64,000 nucleotides of DNA from Octopus bimaculoides (taxonomy: Eukaryota), in assembly GCF_001194135.2 (NCBI RefSeq), contig NC_068987.1, positions 27,843,240 to 27,907,239 on the forward strand, read 5' to 3'. The translations under genes were made by a program, and so were the position numbers. Under the pieces are notes generated by a model, which worked only from the letters and a program-made list of their open reading frames with translations, did no database searches and was not told where the DNA came from. Positions 25,647-40,039 of this stretch are shown here, one piece after another. The first letter of the stretch is position 1; every line of letters begins with the position of its first letter.

Positions 25647-26171
25647 CGACAAATTCCTGAAATGTCGATAATGTTGCTGTTAGGCTATTTTTATCATTAG
25701 TCATCAACGTTTTAAGTGCCTGATGAATTTCACTTTATATAGAAGAGTGAGACGAATTGGATAACTTTTAACGCTTGTAAAATTACTTCATTTCTGCCGC
25801 ATACATTGTATCAAGCTAGTCGTTTAATTCACTTAACACGTCATGCAAAGAAACACTTCGTATTTTTGAGTAAATTGGCAGTTCAAGTGGATGTGGACAA
25901 ACAATTATTACATTTAAAGTATGCTGAGCAACTAGCGTAATAACATTTGCAGGCAAAAATTTTCAAAACGTCAACAGGCCTATTTGAAACGACTACACAG
26001 ATACGTCGAATAAACGAGAATGTTACCTCAAAATTATGACACCAGATGTTAGTATTTTCAAACCAAGAAATAATATTCTTCCGCAAACATTTTACAATTA
26101 TCATTTCAATTATTTACGTAGGGAATTTTTATTATTTCAGCTGGTATACATAGGTATATATGCGTGCGCGC

Positions 26172-26174
<3 letters not shown>

Positions 26175-26250
<76 letters not shown>
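26175..26250. repeat. (TG)n microsatellite
   Basis: Read directly. Confidence 0.98.
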
Positions 26251-26253
<3 letters not shown>

Positions 26254-26259
26254 CTATAT

Positions 26260-26420
26260 TGCTCTTTCCACTAAGCTGCCTAAAATGTAATTCAAATGGT
26301 CAGCCTCGTCAATGTCTGTGTCACGCTGAATCTCCCAAAGAGCTACCTTAAGTGTGTATGTTTGTGCTGCCACTTGCGCGTTAATTACACGAGCGGGCTG
26401 TTTTGTTGATCGGATCAATA
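26260..26420 (+). mobile_element. Fragment of SINE family C
   Basis: ctgtgtcacgctgaatctccc...ccacttgcgcgttaattacacgagcgggctgttttgttgatcggatcaa matches 61400-61525. Confidence 0.75.
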
Positions 26421-27261
26421 TACGAAGGAATGACTTATAGTCGAAACGTTAAGTCACTCCACATTTATGTCAACTACTCGACATTAAATTATCATTTTCT
26501 AATTTTTACTGCTCTTGCATCATTTGCATATATGTATATATTTATACACGTACACAGGCACATATGTCCATATATGCATGTGTGTGTGTGTGTACGACTT
26601 AGGTAAATAAACCATACAACATAAATTCTTGATTTAGTAAACTTATCTCCGCCTCTAGAAAATGGATAACGATTACTAAATGGCAACTGAGACCATCTCC
26701 CTATGAAAATAGGAAATAATCTCAGGAATGAAGAATTTTACAAATCTGACATACAATTAAGGAAAATGACAGTTTGTCATTTAGACCTAAAATTGTTTTA
26801 ACCTATCTCCAGACTCAATTTTCACGCTGCTAAGTTCTTACGTGAATATCGCAACTGCGTGAAAAGTTAAATCGTAAGATAAATATTCAGTTTCAATTTA
26901 CCATATACTTTAAGCTTACTGAGTATTTCCTTATTCGGTGACATACATCAACAGACGAATAAGTATTATTTTTTCATGTGTATCTATGTGTGTATGTTTG
27001 TATATGTGTGCGTACGTGTGTGTGTACGTGGGTGCATGTGTGTGTGTTTATGTGTACATGTGTGTTTATGTTTTTGACATAATTCTGAGTTCAAAATATT
27101 AACTTAGGCCATCGATAAATAAAATTCGATAGAAACGATATAGGAAATATTATGTCTTTGCAAAACTAACAAACCCCTTTGTGCATTGTGCTTCCCATTT
27201 AATTGCCTATTGTTCTTTATGACTTGATATATGATGCATTTATGAATATGTTGTCAATATT

Positions 27262-27452
27262 GGTTACATCTTGGGAAAAATGCTAACCGGCATTTCGTTG
27301 GTCTTTACGTTCAAAATTCAAATGCCACCTGGTCGACTTTGCCTTTCATTCTTTTGGGGGACGATTAACTAAGTACCAACTGAGCGCTGGGGTCAATGTA
27401 ATCTACTTACCCCTTCCCTCGAAATTGCTGGCTTCGTGCAAATATTTGAAAC
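27262..27452 (+). mobile_element. SINE family B
   Basis: gtcgactttgcctttcattcttttgggg central domain and gaaattgctggcttcgtgcaaatatttgaaa tail. Confidence 0.8.
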
Positions 27453-28691
27453 CTGTATTCATTACTTCTGCATAAAAGATATCACAAAAAAAAATGTTTA
27501 GATAATTAGAAGGCTCATATAATTTTCTGTACGATTTGTTATAAAGAGCAGTGCCAACTATAAATAGTTATTAGTTATGTATTGCTTTATGACGTATTCC
27601 ACGCAAAATGTATCAGTGTTTTTCATATAACAACTATAAACCATGTAGCCATTTCAAATTTTTTTCACTACTTCATTGGTTTAATTCCTTTCATAATGTT
27701 CTCTTCAATCTATAAAACTTTCAGAATTTCATCTTTAATTATTGCCTTTTTTCTAACAGGTTCACTGACTAATTATTATAGCTATTCGATCATTTATCGT
27801 TCAGCAATTTGTTGGTACAGTTAATTTAGGAGTGTCAATTTTCTTAATTACATCGATTGAAATGAATCTTAAAGTATTGGAAGGAAATTAATATGAACAA
27901 TGATGAACATTTAACTTATTATTTTCACATTAGAAATGTATCTGTACTTGGAGATACTTTAATAATCAGAAGCTGTGTAAAAGGCTGATAACTTCAACAA
28001 CGCAGCTTACTAAATATGGCTTTTAATTAAATCTGAAGAGTTAGTGATATTATATCTAGATTTTAAATTCATAGAACAGATAATGTTTCATTCATTATAA
28101 AAAAAAAATTCTGTAATATCCAATGAAACAAATATTGCAAGCAAACGAAAGAAGTAAATTTAACTTTTAGTGTAAAATATATTATTTTTAAAGCCATACG
28201 ACATTGGAATAGATATCTGAATACATTGAAGTCAGATAAGACTTGTCTCAGAATGAGGTCAGATGTTTCAGAAAGATATTATCAATGCAAGTAAATGTTT
28301 TAGGTGAGTTAAAAATTTGCGCTACTATTCCAGTAAAAATGTATATGTAATAGGGTGTTCAGTAAAGAAATAGTCGACAGTGAGTGTCATCCTGGAAAGC
28401 TGATGAGTTCCGTTAGATATCATTTTTTTTTTATATACGCCTTTTTAAAGAAACCTTTAGATCTAGAACGATAAAGGTTTCAAGCGATGTTTGAATGATA
28501 CTAGGCAGTAACTGCGGTGTTGGAGATGGTACTATTGAGTGCATACGAAGGATATAAATTTCTATATGCATATATATATTTCTTCCCTAACCCAACCTCC
28601 CAACCCGGCTCGTCCCCCTGCTCCCGCCCACGCTGCCACACTTGCCCTTACCTCTCCAACATCACCATCCTCACTGGCACTCATCATCGTC

Positions 28692-29555
28692 AATGACACC
28701 CCGGTCTCACGCCATTTCCACTTTCCCGGTCACTCTGTGCAACACCTGTCTGTGTTCGGATTGTCCTTGCACAGGGGCCATTCGGACTCCCGTTTCTGCC
28801 GTGAACAGGGATTCATCTTCTCTCTTCGCTCCTTTGCGCCATATGGTCTCAACTGTCCTCCTCTCTTCATCACCCCTCCTCCTCTCCTCTTCTCTCCACC
28901 CCTACCCATCTTCTCCCTTCCTCCACTCCCTTCATCGTCACCCCTCCCTCATAACCCCACCACTACACAATCTCACCTTCCCTAGCCATCCCAGCCCATC
29001 TTTAAAACCCACTCCCACATACTCCACTTCTACCCCTACCCTCAGCCTAACCCACATACCCCACTTCTACCCCCACCCTCAGCCAAACTCACACCCCACC
29101 CTTGCTTTCCCCGCTCGCGCCTCCCCCACATCACAACACGATCACACCACACCACACACCACCACACCATAGACCACAATACCAAACAACACCACATAAT
29201 ATCACATCACACCACAACGCACACGTCAAGGTCACCAGCTCCTTCCACATGCACATACATGCTCTCTTATACACACGCTCGCATACCTTCGTTTTGGGAT
29301 CACCACTACTTTATTATCTCTTCTACCTAGTTCTCCTGTGTGACGCCTCTGTCCGGCATTCGCTATGATAGATTGCTAGCCACTACACATTCATTATTAT
29401 CTCTCCTTGTTTCTTTCTGTGTTCCTTTCTGTGGAAGAGCGTAGGCTCGAAACTTTAAAGACTTTTTCACTTCCCGAGCGTTAAACTAATACATCTGCGT
29501 GTTGTCTACACCACCTGTCTTCGTCTTTTATTTTTTTGTGAACTTTCCCTATATA
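28692..29555 (+). mobile_element. Penelope-like element 3' fragment: GIY-YIG endonuclease C-terminus, C-rich spacer and pLTR-like end
   Basis: 28692-28853 translates NDTPVSRHFHFPGHSVQHLSVFGLSLHRGHSDSRFCREQGFIFSLRSFAPYGLN, matching the PLE endonuclease pattern PV.RHF...H....L.V.GL...R...E..IF.L....P.GLN. It is followed by a CCA/CAC-rich tract and a hammerhead-like motif. Confidence 0.8.
29424..29460 (+). ncRNA. Variant minimal hammerhead-like motif in the PLE pLTR
   Basis: CUUU-CUGUGGA-A-GAGC(guag)GCUC-GAAA-CU-UU-AAAG: same geometry as 8761-8806, but with A6U in the core and a broken helix III palindrome. Confidence 0.45.
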
Positions 29556-29769
29556 TAGGGAGAGAGAAAAATACAGATAGAGATACAGATAAACATTGCT
29601 TTCACACACATACAAATGTATAAAGAGGGAGAGAGAGAGAGAGAGAGAGTGAAAGAGAGAGAAAGAGAGAGTGAGGGAATGATAGAGAGAGGGGGTGAGA
29701 GAGAAAGAGAGAGCAGTTTCAATTTTCAAATCGAGAGAAAATGAAGCAGTACAGTTGTTATTCAATACT

Positions 29770-29890
29770 TAGTGGCATTTCTTCCGGCTTTACGTTCTGA
29801 GTTCAAATTGCTCTGCGGTAAATTTTGCCTTTCATCCTTTCATTAAATAAGTACCATTTATACACAGGGGTCGATGAAATCGACTAGGCT
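29770..29890 (+). mobile_element. SINE family B fragment
   Basis: ttacgttctgagttcaaatt...ttttgcctttcatcctttc...ggggtcgatgaaatcgact. Confidence 0.75.
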
Positions 29891-32800
29891 TTGTACCTAG
29901 GGTAAAAGTAATTATTATCATTATTATTTGGGAGACAATTGTGCTCCATGTGTCCCAGTTCTTCTTTAATGAACGATCTTTCATATATGTTATCATATGT
30001 GTTTACTTCGAGCCAACAGTGTCCCTACATTCATTAGTGTTTTACACCTCCTTGGTCTCATCACCAGAACAATATAGATTGTAATAATAATGTGTACTTG
30101 GCATGGATTGCTGTAGATAGCAAAATATCGTCCGAATAGTGTTATAATTGGTAGAATCATCATAGCCTGGTTGAAAGTTGTTTAACGCTTAAATCTTGGT
30201 AAATTTCATTATATTTTCACGATTGCTGTATTTTTGCATCTTTACTTTTATGGATTTTTGTGCAATTCATAAATTTCCAAAGGTATTCTCGCTATTAGAA
30301 AATGTTATGTAGATAAGAATGCCTCCTCAGTATTTCTTATTACTTTAAAGCAAGCCTTGCTTCAAAGTAAATCGTTAGCACGTCAGGAAAAATGCTTAAC
30401 GTCTACCAGGAACCGATGAAAGATTGTAGATTTAACGGGCTGAGAGACATAGGGCTACACCAGCACATTTTCACCAAAGTACACTGGAGCAACTTCAAAT
30501 TAAGTGTTCGGTCCAAAAATTGAATCCATGACGTTGTGATTGTGAGCTGAGTACACAGACCTCTTGGAGGTGAGCCTTTATATTAGATAATAATGTGTGC
30601 ATAATATTTAAACAGCATTATAAATTTAGTGTTATAGTTGCTAATTCATGTTATCGAACAGTTTCGAATTAAAACCCTTCTAACTGTGAAAAGGTTAATT
30701 TACCAGTCTTCGGATATGGTTGAATGGAAAAGTATCGCTTCGATTACCTTGCACTGAAGATCTGAAAACAACACATTTGGTTTCCGAGTTTCAGTGATGA
30801 AAGTTAGTGACGGAAAATACATGAAAACATAGTTCAATAAAACAAGGCCATCCTTTCAATCCAGCAGATCGATATCCTCTAGATTGTTCTTTTAGTTTTT
30901 CTCCTTCATGTCATCTTTGAGATGTCAACTGTCTATCTTAATACTTTTTGCGGAAGTGATTGCGGAATCCAGAAAGAATGGGGAAGAGAGCGTGAATGAT
31001 AAAAAGGATGTGCTACAGATGAAGGTGGATTTATCTGAAAAACCCTCTTCCATCTCTACCTCTGCTCTTGAAGTTATAAACTTTATAAGCTTAAACGCTA
31101 AACTATTTTTACTTTGTTTCTCATCCCTGGGTTTTATTGCGGTTATGGCTAATCTAACCGAAACTTCGAAATCACTGTCAATAATAGTCGTGTTTCAGAA
31201 TAAAAGATTTATACTCTGAAAAAGTATAGAGTAAATAATCAGACTGACATAATATTGCTCTTATAACTGAACATAAATACAAATATTAATATATACACAT
31301 ATATGTGTGTATGTGTATATTTATATATGTGTATGTGTATACATGTGCATGTGTGGTATTCATGTGTGTGCGTGCGCGCGCGCGTATGAAACTTTCATTT
31401 ACTCAAAAGTTCATAAACTTTTTATCAGATTCTTAACTTTTCTTATTCTTTGTACACTTGAGTGACGACATGCTAAGTTGATAATGAAAATATGAGTGAT
31501 GTATGCATATATTTATACGTCACTTGTACTTCCATGACAAATGGATGGATAAATGAGTGACGTATTTTCCAACGGTTCTTTGGCAGTTAATCGAAAGACG
31601 GTGATTAATCATATTTCGATGTGCTTACGAATACATTGGTTCATTATAGTTTCCCACTGCTTTTCTACTTCGATAGTTTGAAAATTCAACAACGTGAAAT
31701 AAAGAGATGCGATGCAAGGAGGCTCGGTTCCGAATAAAATTTCTAGAATTGGGGTATATTCAATGATGGGGGTTGGTTTATTTTCGAAATATGCGCTATT
31801 GGGCTCTGTCTGTGCAGTTACTCAGAGTATTTTTTATGAGGTGTTTGTCAAATACATACATACAGACAGACACACACATTGTCTCTCTCTCTCTCTCATA
31901 CACACACTGTCTCTCTCTCTCATACACACACACATTCTCTCTCACACACACATACATACATACACGTAGGATGCATAAAGAATCAAAGTATATCAACGTA
32001 AAGACGGATGAAATTAACTGGCTAGACAACTGGTGTGCAGCGGTGCACAAAAAAATGTTGTGATCTACTAGTAAAGCCTGAACCTTCATTCTCATGTTAT
32101 ATTATTATTGTGTGAGTGAGTGTGTGTGTACGTTTGCGTGCGTACGTGCGTATGTGTGCGTACGTGCTTGTGCGTACGTATGTATGTATGTATATATGTA
32201 AGCGCACATTTTCATATGATGGTGATCGGAAAAGGGTCTGTACAAAAGCTCTAGCAAAATCCCAACTGATACTTTTCTAGAGCTTGTTTCCGAGAGATAA
32301 ACGTACACACATTTGAAAATGGTTATATGTTCTATATATAACGGAAGATTCTGAGCAGATGCTAAAATTTACAGGCCTATTTGTTTTTGATTTAAAAGTT
32401 TATCAACCTCTGAACAGGAAACCATTACATTGTACCAAAGTTTCAATTCTTCATCTGGAAAAAAATTTATACTGAGAATCTTTTAAGGCCCAAGTTTTTC
32501 CAGTATTTTGCCGAAAACCTCAGAGATCTGCAGCAGGTAGATGTGACTATGTTAAAAAAGATACTGAGAATAATTTTATGTGATATTCCAAACGGTTCCA
32601 TAGAACCACAAGAAATGCAAATAAAGGCAGGGATATCAAAATCCCTTATTCACCAAAGTCGAACGCGGAGAGAAAGCCATTTATATGAAATGAAATAAAC
32701 GACAAAATCACCCCAATGGTGTGCCTCAGAGCGGTTACAGCATTTGAATAAAAAAAGTTAGAATAAAAGGCAAAGATATATATATATTCAAATTTGAGTG

Positions 32801-34997
32801 CACGCATATATATAAGTACACACACACACACACACACATATATATACTTACACATATGTGTCCAAGTATGTATATACTTATGTGTGTAAATACATATGTG
32901 CCTGTTTGTGCGTGTATGTTTATGCGTGTCTTACGTTGTAATGAAATGCATAGAAAACTAGTTTCAAAACCTATGAGTTTGAACGGTAACAATTCCTTAT
33001 ATTTGGATATTTTAGCTTTTTCACAAAGACAATGGGACTAATTAATCAGTTGTGAATTCTTCAACTACATAAAAAGTTACCACATTAATGTCGAATATTT
33101 TTTACTCGATGTATTGATTTACTTCTCTATAATTCTAAAGAATATATGCTGCATTGTTAATCTTGAAATTTACCGGAACATGCTTCTATTCATAGTACTG
33201 AAATGCACTTCCCTCTTAACAAAAAAATTTAAAACAATGAGGAAGCTTTAAAATTATAAGATTAGAAAAATATGAGATGATATAACGTGGAGGACAGTTC
33301 AAAGTATAACAAAATTAAGGTTAAAATCCTAACATACATATCAATTTCTCTTTATTAATCTTTGGATGGTGGTATTCGGTTCAGTGTTATTGGTTCTAAT
33401 CTCGTAATTTAATTAAAAAATTAGCTCGGGTGAAAACGTTTCAATAGAGAAACTGCATTAAAATCTGTAATTGCAGGCAGCATCCTTTATTTATGTTGCA
33501 GGTCAGAGCAGATAAATATCAGTTTCTTTTGTTGAGGTACAATAGACATCCTTTTTAAGTAAACCAATTATATACTTTGAAATAACTTATTCAGAACACT
33601 AATAGGATCCACATTTGGCCAATAAAGCTACACAGCTATCTAGAACAGTGTGGAATGAATACATTGGATCTATTTCTGTAACTCCACGTTCAGCAGATCA
33701 CACCACAATTATGATGTACAAAACTGCGCAATAAGTATTGTAATAAATTAAACCACGCCAGCAAATTGTCCAGAAAGAAAGCAACGGAGAAATCATAATA
33801 AAGAAAAACCACCTGTCATGCGAAGGTGGTAACTTGTGAGAGCAACAACTTTCATTCATTGCATACCTTGGCGTACATATCCAAACATTGAGACATGTAA
33901 ACACATATTGTAATAATGCTACAACAGAGAATCCTAAAAACTGTTTCTCTCACTGAATCAGGACATAACTGACAAAAAAGAAATACATGTATATAATTAA
34001 ATACATATATGCATATATATATATATANNNNNNNNNNNNNNNNNNNNNNNNNNNNNNNNNNNNNNNNNNNNNNNNNNNNNNNNNNNNNNNNNNNNNNNNN
34101 NNNNNNNNNNNNNNNNNNNNNNNNNNNNNNNNNNNNNNNNNNNNNNNNNNNNNNNNNNNNNNNNNNNNNNNNNNNNNNNNNNNNNNNNNNNNNNNNNNNN
34201 NNNNNNNNNNNNNNNNNNNNNNNNNNNNNNNNNNNNNNNNNNNNNNNNNNNNNNNNNNNNNNNNNNNNNNNNNNNNNNNNNNNNNNNNNNNNNNNNNNNN
34301 NNNNNNNNNNNNNNNNNNNNNNNNNNNNNNNNNNNNNNNNNNNNNNNNNNNNNNNNNNNNNNNNNNNNNNNNNNNNNNNNNNNNNNNNNNNNNNNNNNNN
34401 NNNNNNNNNNNNNNNNNNNNNNNNNNNNNNNNNNNNNNNNNNNNNNNNNNNNNNNNNNNNNNNNNNNNNNNNNNNNNNATATTAGTTGATTTGCATCTAA
34501 ATAATTATGATTATCAACTCAGGGTGCACCACATGTTTTTCTTCGAATTTGTTATGAGCTCTATACACAAAATAGTAAACAACTTAAATAGATAGCCGGA
34601 CTCAGTTATAGCCAACAGCTTTTCTACAAACGCTGAGATGAGTGTGCGATAGTGTAACGTTGCCACTTTAATGACGAAACTCACCAAGTGTCACTGGCAG
34701 AGCAAAACTATGATGAACACGAGTTTTAAGTTTTAAGAAGCTTTTGTCTACAGTACTCTCCAAAATAACAGCGAAACACGGAAAATATCTTTCAGAAAAA
34801 AGCCTAAGTTAAATGTCTACAACATGAGATACTTACTATAACGTTTTGGCAACATGGAAAGACAAGACGATCTCGTAACAGCATTTACAACTATAATTGC
34901 AATACTCAAGTGGTGTCGCTTGCAGTGTTAGAGCAATATGTACGACATGGTGGAGGCTAAATCTCTAGGGATCTGCTGGATGTCGATACATATATAC

Positions 34998-35038
<41 letters not shown>

Positions 35039-38000
35039 TTCACTTATGATTAGCGATACTATATATGTGTATGCGCGTGTGTGTGGACGTGTGTGTGTAT
35101 ATGTATGTATAAATCTACGTACACACACATACTAACACACGCACACAGACACACATTTACATACACACACAAATACTAGACAGAAACACAAGCAAGTCAA
35201 TATTCATTTTACAAATTCCTTGTTTTTCACTACTAAAGTGCTTAATTTAATGCTGATACCAAGAAAGAGTTGAAGATGTTTTACATTTTGGCTTTTATAA
35301 ATCTATTGGCAACTTCTTTCTTTTATTCGCATAATTTGAACACCATTGCTTTTTTTAGAATATATCATTATCTTTAAAATATATTATATTTATAGTTATA
35401 TGCGTTTTTTCTTTTGTGTTTTCTATAACGTCTGATCTTTTCCTTTCTTAAAAGTATTTTAACTACTTTCCGTCATTTCTCAAAATTCTTTACATCACAC
35501 ATTATATTTACAATATTCACCAAATGCCAGTTATGATGCCAGATTCACAAACTAATCGAATGCATGAAAATATGATGAAATGTTGTTACAGAGTATTAGT
35601 AGCATATTCTTTATATGCAGAATAATTGTACTCAGTGAAGAGAAACCATTGATCGGGTAAACAAAAGAACAAGAGAGAGAGAAATAAAACCAAAGACAAT
35701 CTTCAGATTTCGGAGATAAAGAGCTTTTATTACTGGATTAATGTTATGATCAGTTTTGTTAAATGTTGACTTCGCATACTTTAAAGAGTTATTTGCATTG
35801 AAGCCCTCTTTTTTTTTTTTTGTCTTGTTTCAAAAACAAATTTCGAAAATAGTAATGAGATATATCAAGACGTGTACTTTAGAGAATATTGAAAATATTT
35901 TCATTACAAAAATCCTTTCACACCTTGTCTCCATAGTTCTAGAATGTAACGAACGCAAATATGTACGATTTTACACAAATACAGAGTGAGTAACGAAAAT
36001 CTCAAAGGTTTCATCGATGAATATTGATTTTATTTTGAAGCTACGATTCATCTATACCTTGCAGAATATAGAATTGTGCACATGTCCTCTAATTCGTTTC
36101 CAACTATGGATGCTTATATTATCAGTTCTATATACTCGGCGTATTCGTGTTAGAGTACAGACATAAATGTTATTTTCTGTTATATACAAAATAATATATA
36201 GGGTGTATGTATTATTGCATTATATACACAGTGTATATATTGCAATAAATGTATAAAAAATCTAGGTGAACAGTTTTAACGCTAAATGCTCGTATCATAA
36301 ATATTTTAATATATCACTGTAAATCTGAAAAAGGTATTAGAAAATAACTTTTATTAAAAATTAATCCTAGTTACATCGTTGACATACGATAGATCATACG
36401 CAACACGCAATATTTCTCTAATACATACTATTTAGACTCATACACACACTTCCCAAACAACGCATGTACTCAACCACATTACATACATCATCAAGTAGTT
36501 TTTCCAAGGAAACATTGCACCTGAATAATACATATGCTGACACAGAAGTACCAAAAGAAATCCTACCACATAGATATTCACATACTAACGCTCCACCACA
36601 CATTTCATGCAACTGAACACACGTCTGCACAACATATATGACAGTCCCAATACTACAACCTCCTCCTATATTGAAACCAACGCTGACAAACATGATTAGT
36701 TTTCTCATAAATTATGCTAATCATAGCTAAGAAAAATAACTTAAATTGGCCAGTGCATAGACAAATACAAGTATTTTAAATAACAAATTACAAATTCTTC
36801 ATTTACTAAACTTTTTCTCCGGCTCTAGCAGATATATTATATTACCAAATGGCATTTAAAACCAGATTCATTTCAGAAGGAACGATATTCCCAAGAATCA
36901 AGAATTATTCTAAGTTAACATACCACTAAGAGATAGGGCAGGTGTATAATCTAGAGATAAGAGGACAGTCGTGGATCATTGTTTCTGGCTCAATAGCCGC
37001 TCTCAGCTGTTCTACTTGTAGGTGGCACATATACGTATTGTACCACAGTCTGTATAATCAACGTACCCAACCCACAAATATGTATACACATATATGCTCG
37101 CATATTAATGCTTGAATAACTTTAGTGAGCAATACTAATTCGTACTGCGCCCATAGTGACACATTATCCGAGCCGTCATACTTAATGTACATGCTGCTGA
37201 GAGATTTTCAAATTTAGCAGAGAATAGAATACAGTTCATTGTGATACTTATTTCGGTCCTTCCCACTTGTCCACAATGTGTAACATCTTAGATGTTCGGC
37301 TGAGTAAAACATTGGAAGAGCATGATGGAGTCCGCATTTTCTCGCGACTAACAGGACACGTTATACAAATTGTAATGGCTTTGTCACAAGTAAAACCATA
37401 CCGCCCGCATTGCAAGTGGCAGCCGTGAAATATAAAATATATATATAAGTGTGTGTATGTGTATGTGTGTGTGTGCTTGTGTCTGAATGTATTAGCGTAT
37501 GTGTGCGTGAATATGAATTTATGAATGTATGTGTGCTGTCAGTCATTAAGATCATGTTTATCATAGCTATGAGTTGTTTTGACTCCTATTTCTAACGATT
37601 CTAATGCTGTCTAGCGCCCTTAGTCACTTTAGTGACGTACATGTTTTTGGCCTTTTGGTTGAAAAATTTCTAAGAAGCCACTCTTATTTTATATATATAT
37701 ATATATATNNNNNNNNNNNNNNNNNNNNNNNNNNNNNNNNNNNNNNNNNNNNNNNNNNNNNNNNNNNNNNNNNNNNNNNNNNNNNNNNNNNNNNNNNNNN
37801 NNNNNNNNNNNNNNNNNNNNNNNNNNNNNNNNNNNNNNNNNNNNNNNNNNNNNNNNNNNNNNNNNNNNNNNNNNNNNNNNNNNNNNNNNNNNNNNNNNNN
37901 NNNNNNNNNNNNNNNNNNNNNNNNNNNNNNNNNNNNNNNNNNNNNNNNNNNNNNNNNNNNNNNNNNNNNNNNNNNNNNNNNNNNNNNNNNNNNNNNNNNN

Positions 38001-39135
38001 NNNNNNNNNNNNNNNNNNNNNNNNNNNNNNNNNNNNNNNNNNNNNNNNNNNNNNNNNNNNNNNNNNNNNNNNNNNNNNNNNNNNNNNNNNNNNNNNNNNN
38101 NNNNNNNNNNNNNNNNNNNNNNNNNNNNNNNNNNNNNNNNNNNNNNNNNNNNNNNNNNNNNNNNNNNNNNNNNNNNNNNNNNNNNNNNNNNNNNNNNNNN
38201 NNNNNNNNNNNNNNNNNNNNNNNNNNNNNNNNNTAATTTAAATAAACATATAACTCAACACAGCTTCTATTCCTGTTAACAGTGAACTTATAAAACTTGC
38301 AGTCTACCATGACAGCTAAAATTGGATTTTCTGAAACGATTTGGCAATGTTTTGACTTTGGAAGTTTTAGTGATAAATAATGTTACGTAAACATTTTGTG
38401 AACTGACTTACATGGTATTCAAAGGGGATATATGTAGCTAACAACCAAGTTAGATTACATAAACAAAAATAAGGAAATGTAAAATTGTGATTACAATATT
38501 TTCGGGAATGAAAGACGCAAAATATCAAACATTATTTCAGCCACGTGTAAACACTGGCGCTTAGAAATTCGTTTAACATTTTACCACATCTACGCTGTGC
38601 GTTCCGTTATGAAATTTAACTACACATGGATTACATAGTAAATTCAGCGGTAACATGCATACAAGCTATATAATAATATAAGTGATAATCAATTTTGCTT
38701 CCAGTACACAATGCAAACACCAATTTCGTTTCAAAGGTGGCCTATTTGAATACGTCTCATGCATATGTATTCAAGATCGGGATTTTCTTAGGCAGTCTTA
38801 CATAAATATATTTTCTATATTACCTAGTTCAATATCTATGTTGGATAATTTATACACCAAAGTGGAATGCTAGAAACATTTGTATGTAATTTCAGTTTTG
38901 TCTCTCTTATTTGTATATTTGAATATGCACCTTTGTTGTTTTAAAACATGTAAGATATTTTATTTGTATTAGCCACACACGAGGCATATTAAGTCACATT
39001 CAGAAAAGAAAGATAAGCATTCTTACACATTCGTTATGCTGTTTCTATGTTTGGATTTTAAATCATCATGCAATCCTAGCAAATATGGCATTGACATAAT
39101 GATTTTCCCCAATATATAATTATATAAAAATTTTA

Positions 39136-39248
<113 letters not shown>

Positions 39249-39324
39249 CACATTACTGTTCAATGTTTTTGGGTGTTCTTTTTCGGATATATGAAATAAT
39301 GACTAGTTATATATTGTCAAGACT

Positions 39325-39560
39325 CGTAGCTTTGTGGTTAGACTGCCACCCTCACGATCGCTACGTCATGTGTTCGATTTCCAAACCGGGCAGGGTTCAT
39401 TTCACGTTACTCCAATCTAATTTCCGATTATAGTGTGAGAGGGGACGATGGCCCGCTCGCCTAGCCAGAGTGGCAGCGTCATTCCGCGGCTAAAGCGATT
39501 CAGAGTGCATTGTGACCAACAATGTGTAATAACATCTGATAGTTTGGGCATCACGTGGTG
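39325..39560 (+). mobile_element. tRNA-derived SINE-like element (family D)
   Basis: A-box-like tagctttgtgg and B-box-like gttcgatttcc, followed by ttcatttcacgttactcca. A related inverted fragment (actggagcaacttcaaattaagtg) lies near 30480. Confidence 0.5.
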
Positions 39561-39677
39561 CGGTGATATACTTATATATGTATGTGTGTGTCTGGTGTGG
39601 TGTGTGTGTGTGTGGTTGTGTGTATACGTGCGTATATGCAACCTTCCCTGTATTTACATATTATACAAAACTGTGTT

Positions 39678-39712
<35 letters not shown>

Positions 39713-39758
39713 TAAGATTTTTGTACAATAGGAGGCAAATAAGTACATACACAAACAA

Positions 39759-39827
<69 letters not shown>

Positions 39828-40039
39828 TGTATGTACACACATACATAAAATATGTTTATATATAAAATGTACATGTATACATATCCATAAGCATATATAT
39901 ATAAAGTAACATATAAGAATATATTTTCACTCAAACACACACACACACACACATAAACACACATAAACGCACACACGCGCGCATATATGTAAATATATAT
40001 GCATAAATATATAAATATTGATGTCGTAGTTCATTTTCT

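Noticed and set aside
28854-29230. Pro/Thr/His-rich ORFs (28539, 28642, 29102) as host proteins
   Set aside because: Only 28692-28853 has a recognisable motif (PLE endonuclease); the rest is C-rich low-complexity spacer.
30908-31219. 103-aa ORF with a signal-peptide-like start
   Set aside because: Short hydrophobic core, no recognisable domain and no convincing splice or promoter context.
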